Positions 10,010-20,991 of a DNA stretch of 64,000 bases are shown here, piece by piece. The notes under the pieces were generated by a model, which saw nothing but the letters and a program-made list of their open reading frames with translations, did not search any database and had not been told where the DNA came from. Position 1 is the first letter of the stretch, and every line of letters starts with the position of its first letter. The DNA is from an uncultured Nitrosomonas sp. Lineage in GTDB: Bacteria > Pseudomonadota > Gammaproteobacteria > Burkholderiales > Nitrosomonadaceae. The position numbers and the translations under genes were made by a program. The DNA lies in contig CADEDJ010000006.1 of the NCBI GenBank assembly GCA_902826055.1, forward strand, positions 2,882 to 66,881. The letters run 5' to 3'.

Positions 10010-12379
10010 ATGGAACAACCTACCACAACTGAATTTGAGCTGCCTGCTGATACTGTCGCATTGATCCCAATGCGCAATGTGGTACTTTTTCCGCATGTAC
10101 TGATGCCCATTACCGTTGGCCGGGTCAGATCCGTTGCAGCAATTGAGTTCGCACTTCAATCGAAAGCACCTATTGGCATCGTACTTCAAAAAGATGCCAC
10201 AATCGACAATCCAGGATTTGAAACATTGTGCACTATTGGCACGATAGCCAATGTGGTACGGCATGTCGCTTCTGAAGATGGCACTCACCTCGTCATCTGC
10301 CAGGGAATTGAACGATTTCAAATCGAAGAAGTTATCGAAGGCTATCCATTCCTTGCCGCCCGAATAAAGCGCATTCAAGAAACGACGCAAACGGCAACAC
10401 AAATCGAGGCGCTTGCCTTGCAGTTGCGTGAACGGACTGTCGAAATCTTGTCATTATTGCCAGGAATCCCCGCAGAACTTGCGCATGCCCTGCAAACCAC
10501 ACGTGTACCATCCCATTTAGCCGACATTACCGCCAGCTTACTCGATACGGAAATCAGTGAAAAACAAATGCTACTCGAAACGATAGATATCGAGGAGCGA
10601 TTGCAAAAAGTACTGCAAATATTATCCCGCCGTATCGAAGTCTTAAGGATATCGCAGGAAATCGGTGCACGCACCAAAGAGCAAATAGAAGATCGCGAAC
10701 GCAAATTTTTGTTGCATGAACAGTTAAAAGCCATCCAGAAAGAACTGGGCGAAGACGATGAGAATAATCAAGAAATCACAAAACTTGATGAAGCCATTCG
10801 TGACGCAGCTTTGCCCGAAGATGTCGAACAGCAAGCACGCAAAGAATTACAACGATTAAAGCGCATGCCAAGTACATCGAGTGAATATTCAATGCTGCAT
10901 ACCTATTTGGAATGGATGACTGAATTACCCTGGCGATTGCCTGAGGAAACGCCCATTGATTTGGATGCTGCACGAAAAATCCTGGAAGCCGATCATTTTG
11001 GTTTGGAGCGCATCAAGCAGCGTATTATTGAATTTCTTGCCGTACAAAAACTAAAACCGCATGGGCGCGCACCTATTCTTTGTTTTGTGGGTCCGCCAGG
11101 TGTAGGTAAAACCTCGTTGGGCCAAAGCATTGCACGCACACTGCAACGACCGTTTGTGCGGGTTTCATTGGGTGGTGTTCACGATGAAGCCGAAATGCGC
11201 GGTCATCGCCGCACTTATGTCGGCGCGATGCCGGGTAATATTATTCAAGGTTTACGCAAAGCAGGGGCACGCAATTGCGTCATGATGCTCGACGAAATTG
11301 ACAAAATGACTGCCAGCATCCAAGGCGACCCATCGGCTGCATTGCTTGAAATACTGGATCCTGAACAGAATTCAACTTTTCGCGATAACTATCTGGGCGT
11401 GCCGTTTGATTTGAGCCGGGTCATTTTTATTGCCACTGCAAATGTCATGGATAACGTATCGCCTCCGATACGCGATCGCATGGAAGTGATTGATTTGCCC
11501 GGCTACACACAAGAGGAAAAACTGCAAATTGCATTGCGTTATCTCGTACAACGCCAAAGTGAAGCAAACGGCCTGCGTGAGGATCATTGCACGCTTACGA
11601 CCGAAGCGCTGAACACGATTATTGCCAATTACACGCATGAAGCCGGCGTGCGTCAATTGGAGCGCGAAATTGGCCGCGTCATGCGGCATGCGGCTTTACG
11701 TATTGCCGAAGGTGAGCAGCAACAAGTGCATATCGATGCAGATAAGCTCAATACTATTTTAGGTCCGAAAAAATTCGAGCATGAATTGGCGCTTCATACA
11801 GACTTGCCGGGAGTGGCTACAGGTCTTGCGTGGACACCGGTTGGCGGTGACATTTTGTTTATTGAAGCAACACGGATCAACGGCAGTGGCCGGCTTATTC
11901 TTACCGGTCAGCTTGGCGATGTGATGAAAGAAAGTGCGCAAGCGGCGCTTACATTAGTCAAAGCACGTGCCCATGACCTCAAAATTCCAACTTCTTTGTT
12001 TGATGGCATTGATGTCCACTTGCATGTCCCGGCAGGTGCTATTCCCAAGGATGGACCCAGCGCGGGCGTTGCGATGTTTATTGCACTGGCCTCCTTATTT
12101 ACTAATCAGCCGGTCCGGCATGATGTTGCGATGACTGGAGAAATCAGTCTGCGTGGCTTGGTATTGCCTGTAGGCGGCATCAAAGAAAAAATATTGGCCG
12201 CACAACGGGCGGGCCTGCGGACCGTTTTATTGCCCGCTCGTAATAAAAAAGATTTATCCGACGTACCTGAAGCGGCTCGTATGGCCATACAGTTTATTTT
12301 TCTGGAAACTGTTGATGATGCCATCCAAGCCGCATTAGGCCAAACTTCCTCTCAAGCTTCAGAACTTAAGCTTATCTAA
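10010..12379 (+). CDS. lon: ATP-dependent Lon protease (endopeptidase La)
   Basis: LON N-domain, Walker [10 protein letters not shown], Walker B MLDEIDK, catalytic PKDGPSAG and KEK. Confidence 0.97.
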   Translation: MEQPTTTEFELPADTVALIPMRNVVLFPHVLMPITVGRVRSVAAIEFALQSKAPIGIVLQKDATIDNPGFETLCTIGTIANVVRHVASEDGTHLVICQGIERFQIEEVIEGYPFLAARIKRIQETTQTATQIEALALQLRERTVEILSLLPGIPAELAHALQTTRVPSHLADITASLLDTEISEKQMLLETIDIEERLQKVLQILSRRIEVLRISQEIGARTKEQIEDRERKFLLHEQLKAIQKELGEDDENNQEITKLDEAIRDAALPEDVEQQARKELQRLKRMPSTSSEYSMLHTYLEWMTELPWRLPEETPIDLDAARKILEADHFGLERIKQRIIEFLAVQKLKPHGRAPILCFVGPPGVGKTSLGQSIARTLQRPFVRVSLGGVHDEAEMRGHRRTYVGAMPGNIIQGLRKAGARNCVMMLDEIDKMTASIQGDPSAALLEILDPEQNSTFRDNYLGVPFDLSRVIFIATANVMDNVSPPIRDRMEVIDLPGYTQEEKLQIALRYLVQRQSEANGLREDHCTLTTEALNTIIANYTHEAGVRQLEREIGRVMRHAALRIAEGEQQQVHIDADKLNTILGPKKFEHELALHTDLPGVATGLAWTPVGGDILFIEATRINGSGRLILTGQLGDVMKESAQAALTLVKARAHDLKIPTSLFDGIDVHLHVPAGAIPKDGPSAGVAMFIALASLFTNQPVRHDVAMTGEISLRGLVLPVGGIKEKILAAQRAGLRTVLLPARNKKDLSDVPEAARMAIQFIFLETVDDAIQAALGQTSSQASELKLI

Positions 12380-12439
12380 GAAGAACCGGTAAAACTTGAG
12401 CCATGTAAAAACGGATAAATTACAGCAAGATAGGTGAGT

Positions 12440-12454
12440 GCGACTATATGCCAC
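12440..12454. promoter_or_regulatory. RegA/RegR-like box
   Basis: GCGAC-TATAT-GCCAC upstream of the HTH gene at 12580. Confidence 0.3.
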
Positions 12455-12579
12455 ATTGACGATTAAATGACCTTAATTGAAAATAAATGCACCAGTCAAC
12501 ACATTTAAATATTGCTGCTATATTCTTGTCATATAGCTTTGCTATTCTAGACTCATCACTATGCGAGGAGTAAGTTCAA

Positions 12580-12948
12580 GTGAAGCATCTTGGAACACCC
12601 ACAGAATTCAGAATCATTAACAATCAAATAACCAAGCAACAGGATAACCATCAATTTCATCGTACCGGCCAGTTAAGACGCGCCAAGCTTCATGCCGCAT
12701 ATTTCATTGAATCGCTGGATAATAACAGAGCATTATCCCCTGCTTTGCGCCGTCTGTTGGAAGCAAGCCTTATTTTGGATACAACAAATGCCAAAACTCT
12801 GGCAACCTATCTCAAACTGTCGCCTGCAACTATTCGCAACGAATTTCAAAGAATTCGAACGATTCTTGGATATATCGGAGAATTTCAAACAACTTCGAAC
12901 ACTAAAACTCAAGCAATCAATAAAGACCCTGCATCATTAGAAAAATAG
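12580..12948 (+). CDS. Small putative helix-turn-helix regulator (LuxR-type HTH-like)
   Basis: GAGGAG RBS before GTG; LSPALRRLLE...KTLATYLKLSPATIRNEFQRI resembles an HTH. Confidence 0.55.
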   Translation: MKHLGTPTEFRIINNQITKQQDNHQFHRTGQLRRAKLHAAYFIESLDNNRALSPALRRLLEASLILDTTNAKTLATYLKLSPATIRNEFQRIRTILGYIGEFQTTSNTKTQAINKDPASLEK

Positions 12949-13054
12949 CTTATTTGTTTTTCTCTAATTAAGTTTTGTTTTGATAAATATCAAAGTACTG
13001 AAGATTATTTTTGCTCAGTATCTAGCTCTTGTAGTTAACAAATGAAGCGGTACT

Positions 13055-13381
13055 TTGACTACTGTACTGGCAAGCGAAACCCATGTATTGGAGGATCAGC
13101 ACATGCGAAGTAAAACACAAGGTCTTAGCATTAAGAAATCAAATAATCAATTATCTAAAAGTGAGAAAAATATACTTACAAGTCAAGCTAATACAAAAAA
13201 AAGAAGCAATCAGTCTCATAACAAAGCTATCACCCAAACCCATTTTACCGATAACCTTGACTTTGAAAGCAAACGTATTGAAAGGCAAGAAAATTGGCTT
13301 GATGATGAAATTGATGGCGAATTAGAAATAGCTGATATTGATGAAAGTGATTTTCAATTTCATAAAAATAATTTCGAATAA
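13055..13381 (+). CDS. Hypothetical protein (basic N-terminus, acidic C-terminus)
   Basis: ORF with GGAGG RBS before internal ATG at 13103; strongly charge-polarised; no recognised motif. Confidence 0.45.
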   Translation: MTTVLASETHVLEDQHMRSKTQGLSIKKSNNQLSKSEKNILTSQANTKKRSNQSHNKAITQTHFTDNLDFESKRIERQENWLDDEIDGELEIADIDESDFQFHKNNFE

Positions 13382-13495
13382 TTAAGACCGTATATTGATT
13401 AACTCTTTTTATTAGGCATTTTTTTCAACTTACAGGTTGTGTTGTACGCAAATGGGTGGTGGCGAGCGGTAGTAGTCATCGAAATCAGGATGCAA

Positions 13496-14920
13496 TCACC
13501 GTTCCTGGGCTGTTTTTGTTAATAATCCAATACCTGCTATTGCCATTGCGATAGAAACGAGTGGATTCAGCAAATTCAATAATGCAAAAGGTAAGTAATC
13601 CAGTGTAGGGATTCCTAAAGTTGCTACATAAAAAGTCCCCGCAGTTGTCCAGGGAATGAGTCCCGCTGTAAGCGTGGAGCCCTCTTCCACTGAGCGCGAT
13701 AAAATTGCGTTATCCAAACCTTTCTCCTGATAGGCGGTTCTGAACAGTTGGCAATTAAGAATGATAGAAATATAGGCTTCACCCATCGCCATATTGCCGA
13801 TTAACCCTGCACCTATGGTGGTAGCTATTAACGTACTGATTCGCTGAATACGCGCAATGATATGCATCAACAGTGCACGCAAAAATCCACTGTGATGCAA
13901 AATTCCACCAAGTGCCAATGCCATGATAGAAAGTAATAATGTCCAGGCCATACTGTAAATACCACCGCGCCCAAGCAGAGCATCAATATTTTCGATACCG
14001 GTAGTGCCTGGTGAATTCAACCATAAAGAATTGACTACCTCAATACTATCTTTACCCTGATATGCAATTGCAATTAACAGTGCCAAAACAATACTGCTTG
14101 TCATGCTAACTTCCGCACTATGACGTTTAATACTTAAAGCTAGCATCAGCAGTAACGGCAATAATGTCATCCATGGATCAAGCTGGTATGCACTTGCTAA
14201 TGCAGCACGAATTGCAACGATATGCTCTTGTGGCAAGGTCATATCATCGTATCGCATACCCCATATAATAAAAATAACAAGCACAAGTAAGAACGTCGGA
14301 ATGGTGGTATACAACATTGAACCGATATGCCGATAAAGGCTTGTAGTAGCGCTCATGGCGGCAAGGTTGGTAGTATCGGAAATGGGCGACAATTTGTCGC
14401 CAAAAGTTGCTCCAGAAATAATCATGCCTGCCACCAAAGGTAGCGGAATACCCATTGCATCACCTATCCCAATCAATACCACCCCAATTGTTCCGACAGT
14501 TCCCCAGGAAGTCCCGGTAGCTACCGACATAAAGCTGCATAGTATCAATCCTACTGCCAGAAAGATGCTTGGATGCAGCCAATCCAACCCATAATAGAGT
14601 AAAGTTGCAATGGTGCCGCTTTGCATAAAGCTGGCAACCACCATACCAATTAACAAAAAAATATAAATTGCCGGTAGTGCCTTGATAATGCCCCTATCCA
14701 TCATGCATCGAATCTCGGCAAACGAATAACCCAACCAGCGCGCATGCACACTTACCCAAATCAACGCCAGAAAAATCAATATATGCAGACTGGCTTGATA
14801 AATAAAAAGCCCCAATGAAATCAACAAAAACACACCAACGAAACAAATCATTGCGTGCCAAATAGTTGGCAATCTTGCTGTAAGCGCCAATTCCTCTAGC
14901 GATGAATCACTTTTGGTCAT
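13496..14920 (-). CDS. nhaC: NhaC-family transporter (Na+/H+ antiporter or amino-acid transporter)
   Basis: About 12 TM segments; ATGTSWGTVGT, GATFGDKLSPISDTTNLA, LIPWTTAG family motifs. Confidence 0.85.
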   Translation of the reverse strand: MTKSDSSLEELALTARLPTIWHAMICFVGVFLLISLGLFIYQASLHILIFLALIWVSVHARWLGYSFAEIRCMMDRGIIKALPAIYIFLLIGMVVASFMQSGTIATLLYYGLDWLHPSIFLAVGLILCSFMSVATGTSWGTVGTIGVVLIGIGDAMGIPLPLVAGMIISGATFGDKLSPISDTTNLAAMSATTSLYRHIGSMLYTTIPTFLLVLVIFIIWGMRYDDMTLPQEHIVAIRAALASAYQLDPWMTLLPLLLMLALSIKRHSAEVSMTSSIVLALLIAIAYQGKDSIEVVNSLWLNSPGTTGIENIDALLGRGGIYSMAWTLLLSIMALALGGILHHSGFLRALLMHIIARIQRISTLIATTIGAGLIGNMAMGEAYISIILNCQLFRTAYQEKGLDNAILSRSVEEGSTLTAGLIPWTTAGTFYVATLGIPTLDYLPFALLNLLNPLVSIAMAIAGIGLLTKTAQER

Positions 14921-14928
14921 AAATTGTT

Positions 14929-15396
14929 TTACTTTTGCGTGTCATCACCAAATAACGAAGCTAATTCACCGTAACCCTGAACGTGCAAATCTTCTTTCTT
15001 AATAAATCGCAATGCGGCAGAATTAATACAATAGCGTACACCCGTCGGTGCTGGACCATCATGAAACACATGACCCAAATGACTATCAGCATAGTGACTG
15101 CGAACTTCTGTACGGGATAACCATAATTCGTTATCTTTTCTAAAGGTAATATATTGCTCATCAATTGGTTGATAAAAACTTGGCCAACCGGTGCCAGAAT
15201 CAAATTTATGAAGCGATGCAAACAACGGTTCACCCGATACTATATCCACATAGATTCCAGCAGCCTTATGATTCCAGAATTCATTTTGAAAGGGTGGTTC
15301 AGTACCAGATTTTTGTGTTACTTGATACTGTAGTGCGGACAAATTCTTTTTTAACGATTCAGGATCTTTTTTAAAATTTTTATAGTCATTTGTCAT
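14929..15396 (-). CDS. msrB: Peptide-methionine (R)-S-oxide reductase
   Basis: [32 protein letters not shown]. Confidence 0.95.
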   Translation of the reverse strand: MTNDYKNFKKDPESLKKNLSALQYQVTQKSGTEPPFQNEFWNHKAAGIYVDIVSGEPLFASLHKFDSGTGWPSFYQPIDEQYITFRKDNELWLSRTEVRSHYADSHLGHVFHDGPAPTGVRYCINSAALRFIKKEDLHVQGYGELASLFGDDTQK

Positions 15397-15438
15397 TGCG
15401 TATTTTCCTCTTCAACAAAAAACAATTATTTATTCCCT

Positions 15439-16611
15439 ATGATTTTTACAGGCGCTATTACACATTTATCACAAAAAGGACTAGGCGTTGTCAAAAATGC
15501 TCAGAATAACGTATCCTACTTTGTCAATGGTACGTGGCCAGGAGATATCGGCGAATTTGAAATCATCGACAAGCCGCTTAACAATAAAAAATTCGCTTAT
15601 GCAAAATTGCTTCGACTCATCCATCCATCAACGCAAAGGCAAATACCGTCATGTTCCTATTTAACGTTGGATGAAAAGGGTTGCACCGGTTGCCCCTGGA
15701 TGATCGCAAATTATTCAAGTCAGCTCGAGCAAAAAAGAAACCGCTTTGTTTATGCAATGCAAAGAGTTGGATTCGATACTTCTCAGTTGTGCATAGGTTC
15801 TGTTCATCCGGCGCCACAGCTTTATGGTTATCGTAATCGCTGCCAAATAAAAACTGATGGCGTTAAACTAGGGTTCGTTTCCGAAAAAAATCATCAAATT
15901 GCCGCAATTAACGATTGTATTGTACTCAATGACGATTGCCGGAATCTATTAAAACGTGCACTCCAGCAATTACCTAATAAAGATTGGCAAACAAATTCTA
16001 TCAATGATTGGTTATTTATTGAGATGGATGATGACATGCAAGCTAACGAAATTCGTGTCAATTACAAACGACCTTTCAAGCAAGGTAACACGCAACAAAA
16101 TAAATGGATACAGACTTGGTTAAAAACAAAGCTTGCACACAATGCACATCTTGGTAAAGTGGTGGAATTATTCTGCGGCTCAGGCAATTTCACGCAAATC
16201 ATTGCAGCCTCCAACTGTACTTCGGTAATTGCTTATGAGTCTAATAATAATGCGATCCAAGCACTTATAGCCAAGGATCTTGCCAAGGTAACACCGCAGA
16301 CAGTTGATCTTTTTGATTTTCAAATATGGAAGAAAATACATAAATATGTCAGAGATGCTGACACGTTAGTACTCGATCCACCGCGCGCCGGTTTGAAAAA
16401 ACACCAAGGTTTTTTTGATGCATTTGCAACTTTAAAAACCATTATTTATATTTCTTGCAATCCGGAAACTTTTGCTCGCGATGCCTGTTTTTTTAAACAA
16501 CATGGGTGGTCACTGTGCGATAGTCAGTTGATTGATCTGTTTCCACATACCCCACATGTTGAAATACTTGCCGAATTTACTAAAAGCGAATGCCCAGCGA
16601 AACGGAAATAG
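15439..16611 (+). CDS. RNA m5U methyltransferase (RlmD/TrmA family)
   Basis: TRAM-like N-terminus, Fe-S motif C..GCTGCPW, ELFCGSGNF, LDPPRAG, YISCNP, LFPHTPHVE. Confidence 0.88.
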   Translation: MIFTGAITHLSQKGLGVVKNAQNNVSYFVNGTWPGDIGEFEIIDKPLNNKKFAYAKLLRLIHPSTQRQIPSCSYLTLDEKGCTGCPWMIANYSSQLEQKRNRFVYAMQRVGFDTSQLCIGSVHPAPQLYGYRNRCQIKTDGVKLGFVSEKNHQIAAINDCIVLNDDCRNLLKRALQQLPNKDWQTNSINDWLFIEMDDDMQANEIRVNYKRPFKQGNTQQNKWIQTWLKTKLAHNAHLGKVVELFCGSGNFTQIIAASNCTSVIAYESNNNAIQALIAKDLAKVTPQTVDLFDFQIWKKIHKYVRDADTLVLDPPRAGLKKHQGFFDAFATLKTIIYISCNPETFARDACFFKQHGWSLCDSQLIDLFPHTPHVEILAEFTKSECPAKRK

Positions 16612-16769
16612 ACTTGCAAAAAATTCCACCTTTGTCGAATGATACGCATATGTTATCCGTAGTATACAAGTTACAGATCTATTTTATTTTTATCCCTATT
16701 CTGTAATAACCCGAAATAACGACAAGGACTAATCAATCAAGTGTAGTAAAGTAAATTATTTCTTCTGGG

Positions 16770-16787
16770 TTGTGATTTTTATCACAA
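16770..16787. promoter_or_regulatory. CRP/FNR-family binding site
   Basis: TGTGA-TTTTTA-TCACA, a perfect TGTGA-N6-TCACA consensus, about 240 bp upstream of the RTX gene. Confidence 0.6.
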
Positions 16788-17027
16788 GCAGATAATTTTT
16801 ATCTGCTATCATCAAATAGTAATTTTCTATTTTCAATGCTCAGCAAAACCGTCGATTGGTACTGGGCATCGGTCATAAGACGGTAATAGACATAGATTAC
16901 ATTTACTTTAGCGCAGATCAAAATTCACTGAAAACTGCGTCTGTTGCACTCTATTAGCAATATCAATTTCATGCACTTAGAAGTGCAACCTTTTATTTCA
17001 ACATTATTTTTAAATGAGGTAAATAAA

Positions 17028-17975
17028 ATGGCAATTGTTAACGGTACAAACTTTAATGACAACAACACATTTCAATTTAATGGGGCTTTTTTCCAATTCT
17101 TTCCTCAATTGGATGGAACGAATGGCAACGATAGCATCTTCGGTTTCAATGGAACCGATATCCTTCGAGGCTTAGATGGCAATGATCTATTAAACGGAGG
17201 TGCAGGTGCTGACAACATGGACGGCGGCGACCAAAATGATACCTATATTGTCGATAATGTAGGCGATATTGTTGGCGAAGCTTTTAATGATGCAATAGGA
17301 GGCGTTGATACAGTAAACTCAACAGTTACCCATACCTTAAGTTTTGCTATTGAAAATCTCAACCTTCAAGGGGCCGCTGTAATCAACGGAACAGGTAACG
17401 GTAATAATAATAATATCAATGGTAACTCAGCCGCTAATATTATCAGAGGGTTAGGTGGTAACGACAATCTTCTTGGACGCGGCGGCAATGACACTTTAAG
17501 CGGTGGTGCTGGCAATGATATCGTCGATGGCGCTGAAGGAAACGACGTTCTCAGAGGCGATGCTGGCAATGATATTTTGCGTGGCGGTAATGGCGATGAT
17601 ATCTTAGCCGGAGGGCTCGGTAACGATGCGTTGTTCGCTGGTCTTGGCGCTACCGATCATTATGTCTTTGACACCACGCTAAACAGTGTCACCAATGTCG
17701 ATTCCATTACTGGTTTCTTCTCACCTGTTGATACGATTCGACTGGATAATGATATTTTTACAAGTTTTGCAATACCAGGGGCAATTGCTGCAGGCAACCT
17801 CCGCGTTGGTCCCGGGGTCGTTGCTGCCGATGCTAACGATTTCCTGCTATATGATACTACAACTGGCGCCCTATCCTATGATGCCAATGGCAATGGGGCG
17901 GGAGGAGGAGTTCAATTTGCAACATTACTCGGAGTTCCTCCGTTAGCTGCAGATGATTTTTTAATCATCAATTAA
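17028..17975 (+). CDS. RTX/hemolysin-type Ca2+-binding secreted protein
   Basis: GAGG RBS and ATG at 17028; multiple GGxGxDxLx nonapeptides; no Sec signal; C-terminal YDANGNG...QFATL...ADDF typical of type I secretion substrates. Confidence 0.88.
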   Translation: MAIVNGTNFNDNNTFQFNGAFFQFFPQLDGTNGNDSIFGFNGTDILRGLDGNDLLNGGAGADNMDGGDQNDTYIVDNVGDIVGEAFNDAIGGVDTVNSTVTHTLSFAIENLNLQGAAVINGTGNGNNNNINGNSAANIIRGLGGNDNLLGRGGNDTLSGGAGNDIVDGAEGNDVLRGDAGNDILRGGNGDDILAGGLGNDALFAGLGATDHYVFDTTLNSVTNVDSITGFFSPVDTIRLDNDIFTSFAIPGAIAAGNLRVGPGVVAADANDFLLYDTTTGALSYDANGNGAGGGVQFATLLGVPPLAADDFLIIN

Positions 17976-17985
17976 ATTATCGAAT

Positions 17986-18009
17986 AACTCCGCTGCATGC
18001 AGCGGAGTT
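17986..18009. terminator. Perfect 24-bp palindrome, likely bidirectional terminator
   Basis: AACTCCGCTGCATGCAGCGGAGTT between convergent genes. Confidence 0.7.
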
Positions 18010-18126
18010 TAAATTGCACGTTGATTTTCACTACTCAAGATATTAAAAATTAATATCTATTATGTTTCATCTCGTTAATATGACCGGCCAAAACCTAAAA
18101 ATTGCGCTGATGCCTTTCGTTACTTA

Positions 18127-20991
18127 TCACTGCGCACTCTGATGTGGCATGGTATTTTTTTTGTCTTGTATCAATTGAAATAATGCGTCATAAGAAACAG
18201 GCCGACTGAAATAATAGCCCTGATGGAAATAGCACTCATGTTGCAGCAATAATCCGGCTTGTTGCTCCGTTTCTACGCCTTCTGCAATAATTGTTAATCC
18301 CAAATTTCGCCCTAATCCAATAATTGCTTGTACAATTTTCAAGTCATTAAAATTTTGATCGAGTGTACGTATAAAAGACTTGTCTATTTTCAAAATATCA
18401 ATAGGAAAATCGCGCAATAACGTTAACGATGAATATCCTGTACCAAAGTCATCAAGTGCAATTAATACATTCATGCGGCGAATTTCTTTTAATACTGTGT
18501 TAACCCGCTCCATATTACTGACTATGGCACTCTCCGTTATTTCAAGTATCAGGAATTTTGCGGGTAACCCCGTGTCATACAACACCTGAGAAATAGTTTG
18601 TGGAAAATCCTTATTCAGAAGCTGCCGCGGATTGACATTTACAGACACATTAACAGGAAATCCCAATTGCAGTAATTGGTATGCTGCAGTACACGAAGCT
18701 TGTAATACGACTTTACCCAGCTGTTCTATTTGTCCGATATCTTCAGCAAGGGGAATAAATTCACTCGGTGATAAATATCCGCGCTTGGGATGTGACCAGC
18801 GAACCAGTGCTTCCATACGCGTGATACATTGCGACTGTGCGTTGATAATCGGCTGGAACAATACATGCAGCTCGTTATTCTGGATTGCTGTCCGTAATTC
18901 TCTTTCCAATTCAAGTTGATCACGAGTCCACGCCAGTGAAGATTCGGGAGAATACATACCATAATGGTTGCCACCATCCTGCTTAACACGATACATTGCC
19001 GTGCTGGCTCTTGCCAAGACCGTTTCGCTTGATAATCCATCCTGCGGATAAAAGCTGATTCCGATACTTACCGATACAAACACTTCCAAGCCATCGATTT
19101 CAAATCGCTGCCGCATGGTATCAAGAATTTTTTGTGCCATCTTGGGTGCAGAATCTTCCTTATCTAGGCGATTTGACAGTAAAACAAATTCATCTCCTCC
19201 CCACCGAGCAATAACATCGCCTGAAATCACACACTCAAACAATCGGCTTGACACCATTGTCAGTAATTTATCGCCTGCGTGATGCCCCATTGCATCATTA
19301 ATTTTCTTAAAATTATCTAAAGTAACAAAAATTACTGTAATGACTATCTCTTTATCCTGGATTGTGTTGATCATATGATTAAATTGAATCAATAGCTTTG
19401 AACGATTAGGTAGTTTTGTCAGACCATCATGGCTTTGTTGATGAACGACTTGCTGTACCAGTTCAATTTTGTCGGTAATATCTGTCAAAGCTATTACTGA
19501 ACCCAATTTAATTTCATGTTCATCGTACAATTGATTACATGTAATACGCACTGTTCGCTCTTTACCGTGGATTGTTTTGATTACGCATTCAATCATTTCA
19601 GGCTGATCTGGCGCGGTACTTAAGATATCTTTTTCAGTCTGTGCGGCAGAAAAATCGCTCGTTTTTGTACAAAAATTCAAAACTTCTTGCAGAAATTTTC
19701 CCTTGATGCGATCCAGTTGAGTACAGAGGATTCTCTCTGCACCCTTATTCAGGTAAAGAATATGATTTGTCGCATCGGTGATAATTACACCATCGTCAAT
19801 TGACTCTAGCGCAGCACTGGAATGAAGTTTTGTGATCCAAAAGGAACGCAAGAATTGATCAATACGCTGCCAATTCAGTAGCGGATATAATGACAATGTC
19901 CCCATCAAAGCAGCTGCTGGTGGCATCCATAACTGTCCTAGTGCAAGAAATAAGCCAGAAAGTGTTAAACCTAAAATCACTAAACCCACCAGCAGAGGAA
20001 TTGTTAAATTTATTTTTGTCCAAACTAGAATTGTCAAAATACCCATCATCCACGCAACGGATACGCATGCCGTGGTAATTGTGGAAAACGTATGAATGGC
20101 GCGATTATTAGTTAACATTGAAAAAACATTGGCATGCCATTCGACACCTGTCATCGGCTGGCGATGTAATGGCGATGCTGGTGTTGCAAAGCGTGTACCC
20201 ATACCTGTCGCTGTCATACCAATCAGTACCGTCTTGTCTTTTAGACTCATCAGTGCTTCATCGTCAAACAAAACCCGTGAATAAGATATCTTGTGAAAGC
20301 TATTTGGTGCGCTTGCATAGGGTATAAGTACCTCTTGCGCTCTTACCCAGTATTTTTGTTGCTCCAATGGTTCTGGATTAGTTTCCCCTATTTGACGAGC
20401 TGTTCTTGCTAGCGCTGGATTAGCCAGCGCCAAAGCAAACGCCGGCCATGTGGGCCTATTGATGCCAGCATAAAGGAAAATGCGGCGCGCCACGCCATCG
20501 GTATCTAATTCAACATCAGCGTGACCTAATAGCGCGTGTTGGGTAAAAATTGAAAGTGGCTTCGCGAGCGTCAATAGCTCTGAGTACGCTTCGGATACCG
20601 GTACAACAGGAAAAACAACATTTCCGTGCCTTGCAATGGCTGCAGCCAATAACCAATCAGCATTGGGATTTGTTTGTTGCGATTCCAGAAACAATACATC
20701 TAAAGCAACTGCTTTGTTACCAATTGTAATTAACCGATTAATAAATTCTGCATGAAGTTCCCTCGACCATGGCCAATGCCCAAGCACCTTAAGACTTTCA
20801 TCATCTATAGCGACAATAACGATATCGGGATCTGGAAAATACGGTTTTAGCGTTGATAATTTGTCATAAATAATAAAATCAAAACGTTCGAGTACTTCAG
20901 AATAGGTAACGAAAATAACACCTGCCAACAGTATAGCGAAACGAAAATTAAAGGCATTGTGTTGTTTTCTTAGAAAACCAAACGACATCAT
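18127..20991 (-). CDS. CHASE2-TM-PAS-GGDEF-EAL signalling protein
   Basis: CHASE2 (DIVIVAIDDESL..LGHWPWSR, GHADV..D.DGVARR, GVEWHA), 3 TM, PAS-like segment, RWGGDEF, EALVRW, DDFGTGYSSL; ATG 20991 overlaps the upstream stop (ATGA), while the ORF track uses GTG 21033. Confidence 0.92.
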   Translation of the reverse strand: MMSFGFLRKQHNAFNFRFAILLAGVIFVTYSEVLERFDFIIYDKLSTLKPYFPDPDIVIVAIDDESLKVLGHWPWSRELHAEFINRLITIGNKAVALDVLFLESQQTNPNADWLLAAAIARHGNVVFPVVPVSEAYSELLTLAKPLSIFTQHALLGHADVELDTDGVARRIFLYAGINRPTWPAFALALANPALARTARQIGETNPEPLEQQKYWVRAQEVLIPYASAPNSFHKISYSRVLFDDEALMSLKDKTVLIGMTATGMGTRFATPASPLHRQPMTGVEWHANVFSMLTNNRAIHTFSTITTACVSVAWMMGILTILVWTKINLTIPLLVGLVILGLTLSGLFLALGQLWMPPAAALMGTLSLYPLLNWQRIDQFLRSFWITKLHSSAALESIDDGVIITDATNHILYLNKGAERILCTQLDRIKGKFLQEVLNFCTKTSDFSAAQTEKDILSTAPDQPEMIECVIKTIHGKERTVRITCNQLYDEHEIKLGSVIALTDITDKIELVQQVVHQQSHDGLTKLPNRSKLLIQFNHMINTIQDKEIVITVIFVTLDNFKKINDAMGHHAGDKLLTMVSSRLFECVISGDVIARWGGDEFVLLSNRLDKEDSAPKMAQKILDTMRQRFEIDGLEVFVSVSIGISFYPQDGLSSETVLARASTAMYRVKQDGGNHYGMYSPESSLAWTRDQLELERELRTAIQNNELHVLFQPIINAQSQCITRMEALVRWSHPKRGYLSPSEFIPLAEDIGQIEQLGKVVLQASCTAAYQLLQLGFPVNVSVNVNPRQLLNKDFPQTISQVLYDTGLPAKFLILEITESAIVSNMERVNTVLKEIRRMNVLIALDDFGTGYSSLTLLRDFPIDILKIDKSFIRTLDQNFNDLKIVQAIIGLGRNLGLTIIAEGVETEQQAGLLLQHECYFHQGYYFSRPVSYDALFQLIQDKKNTMPHQSAQ

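Noticed and set aside
17366-17569. Pro/Leu/Ser-rich periodic antisense ORF
   Set aside because: Mirror of the Gly-rich RTX nonapeptide repeats on the opposite strand
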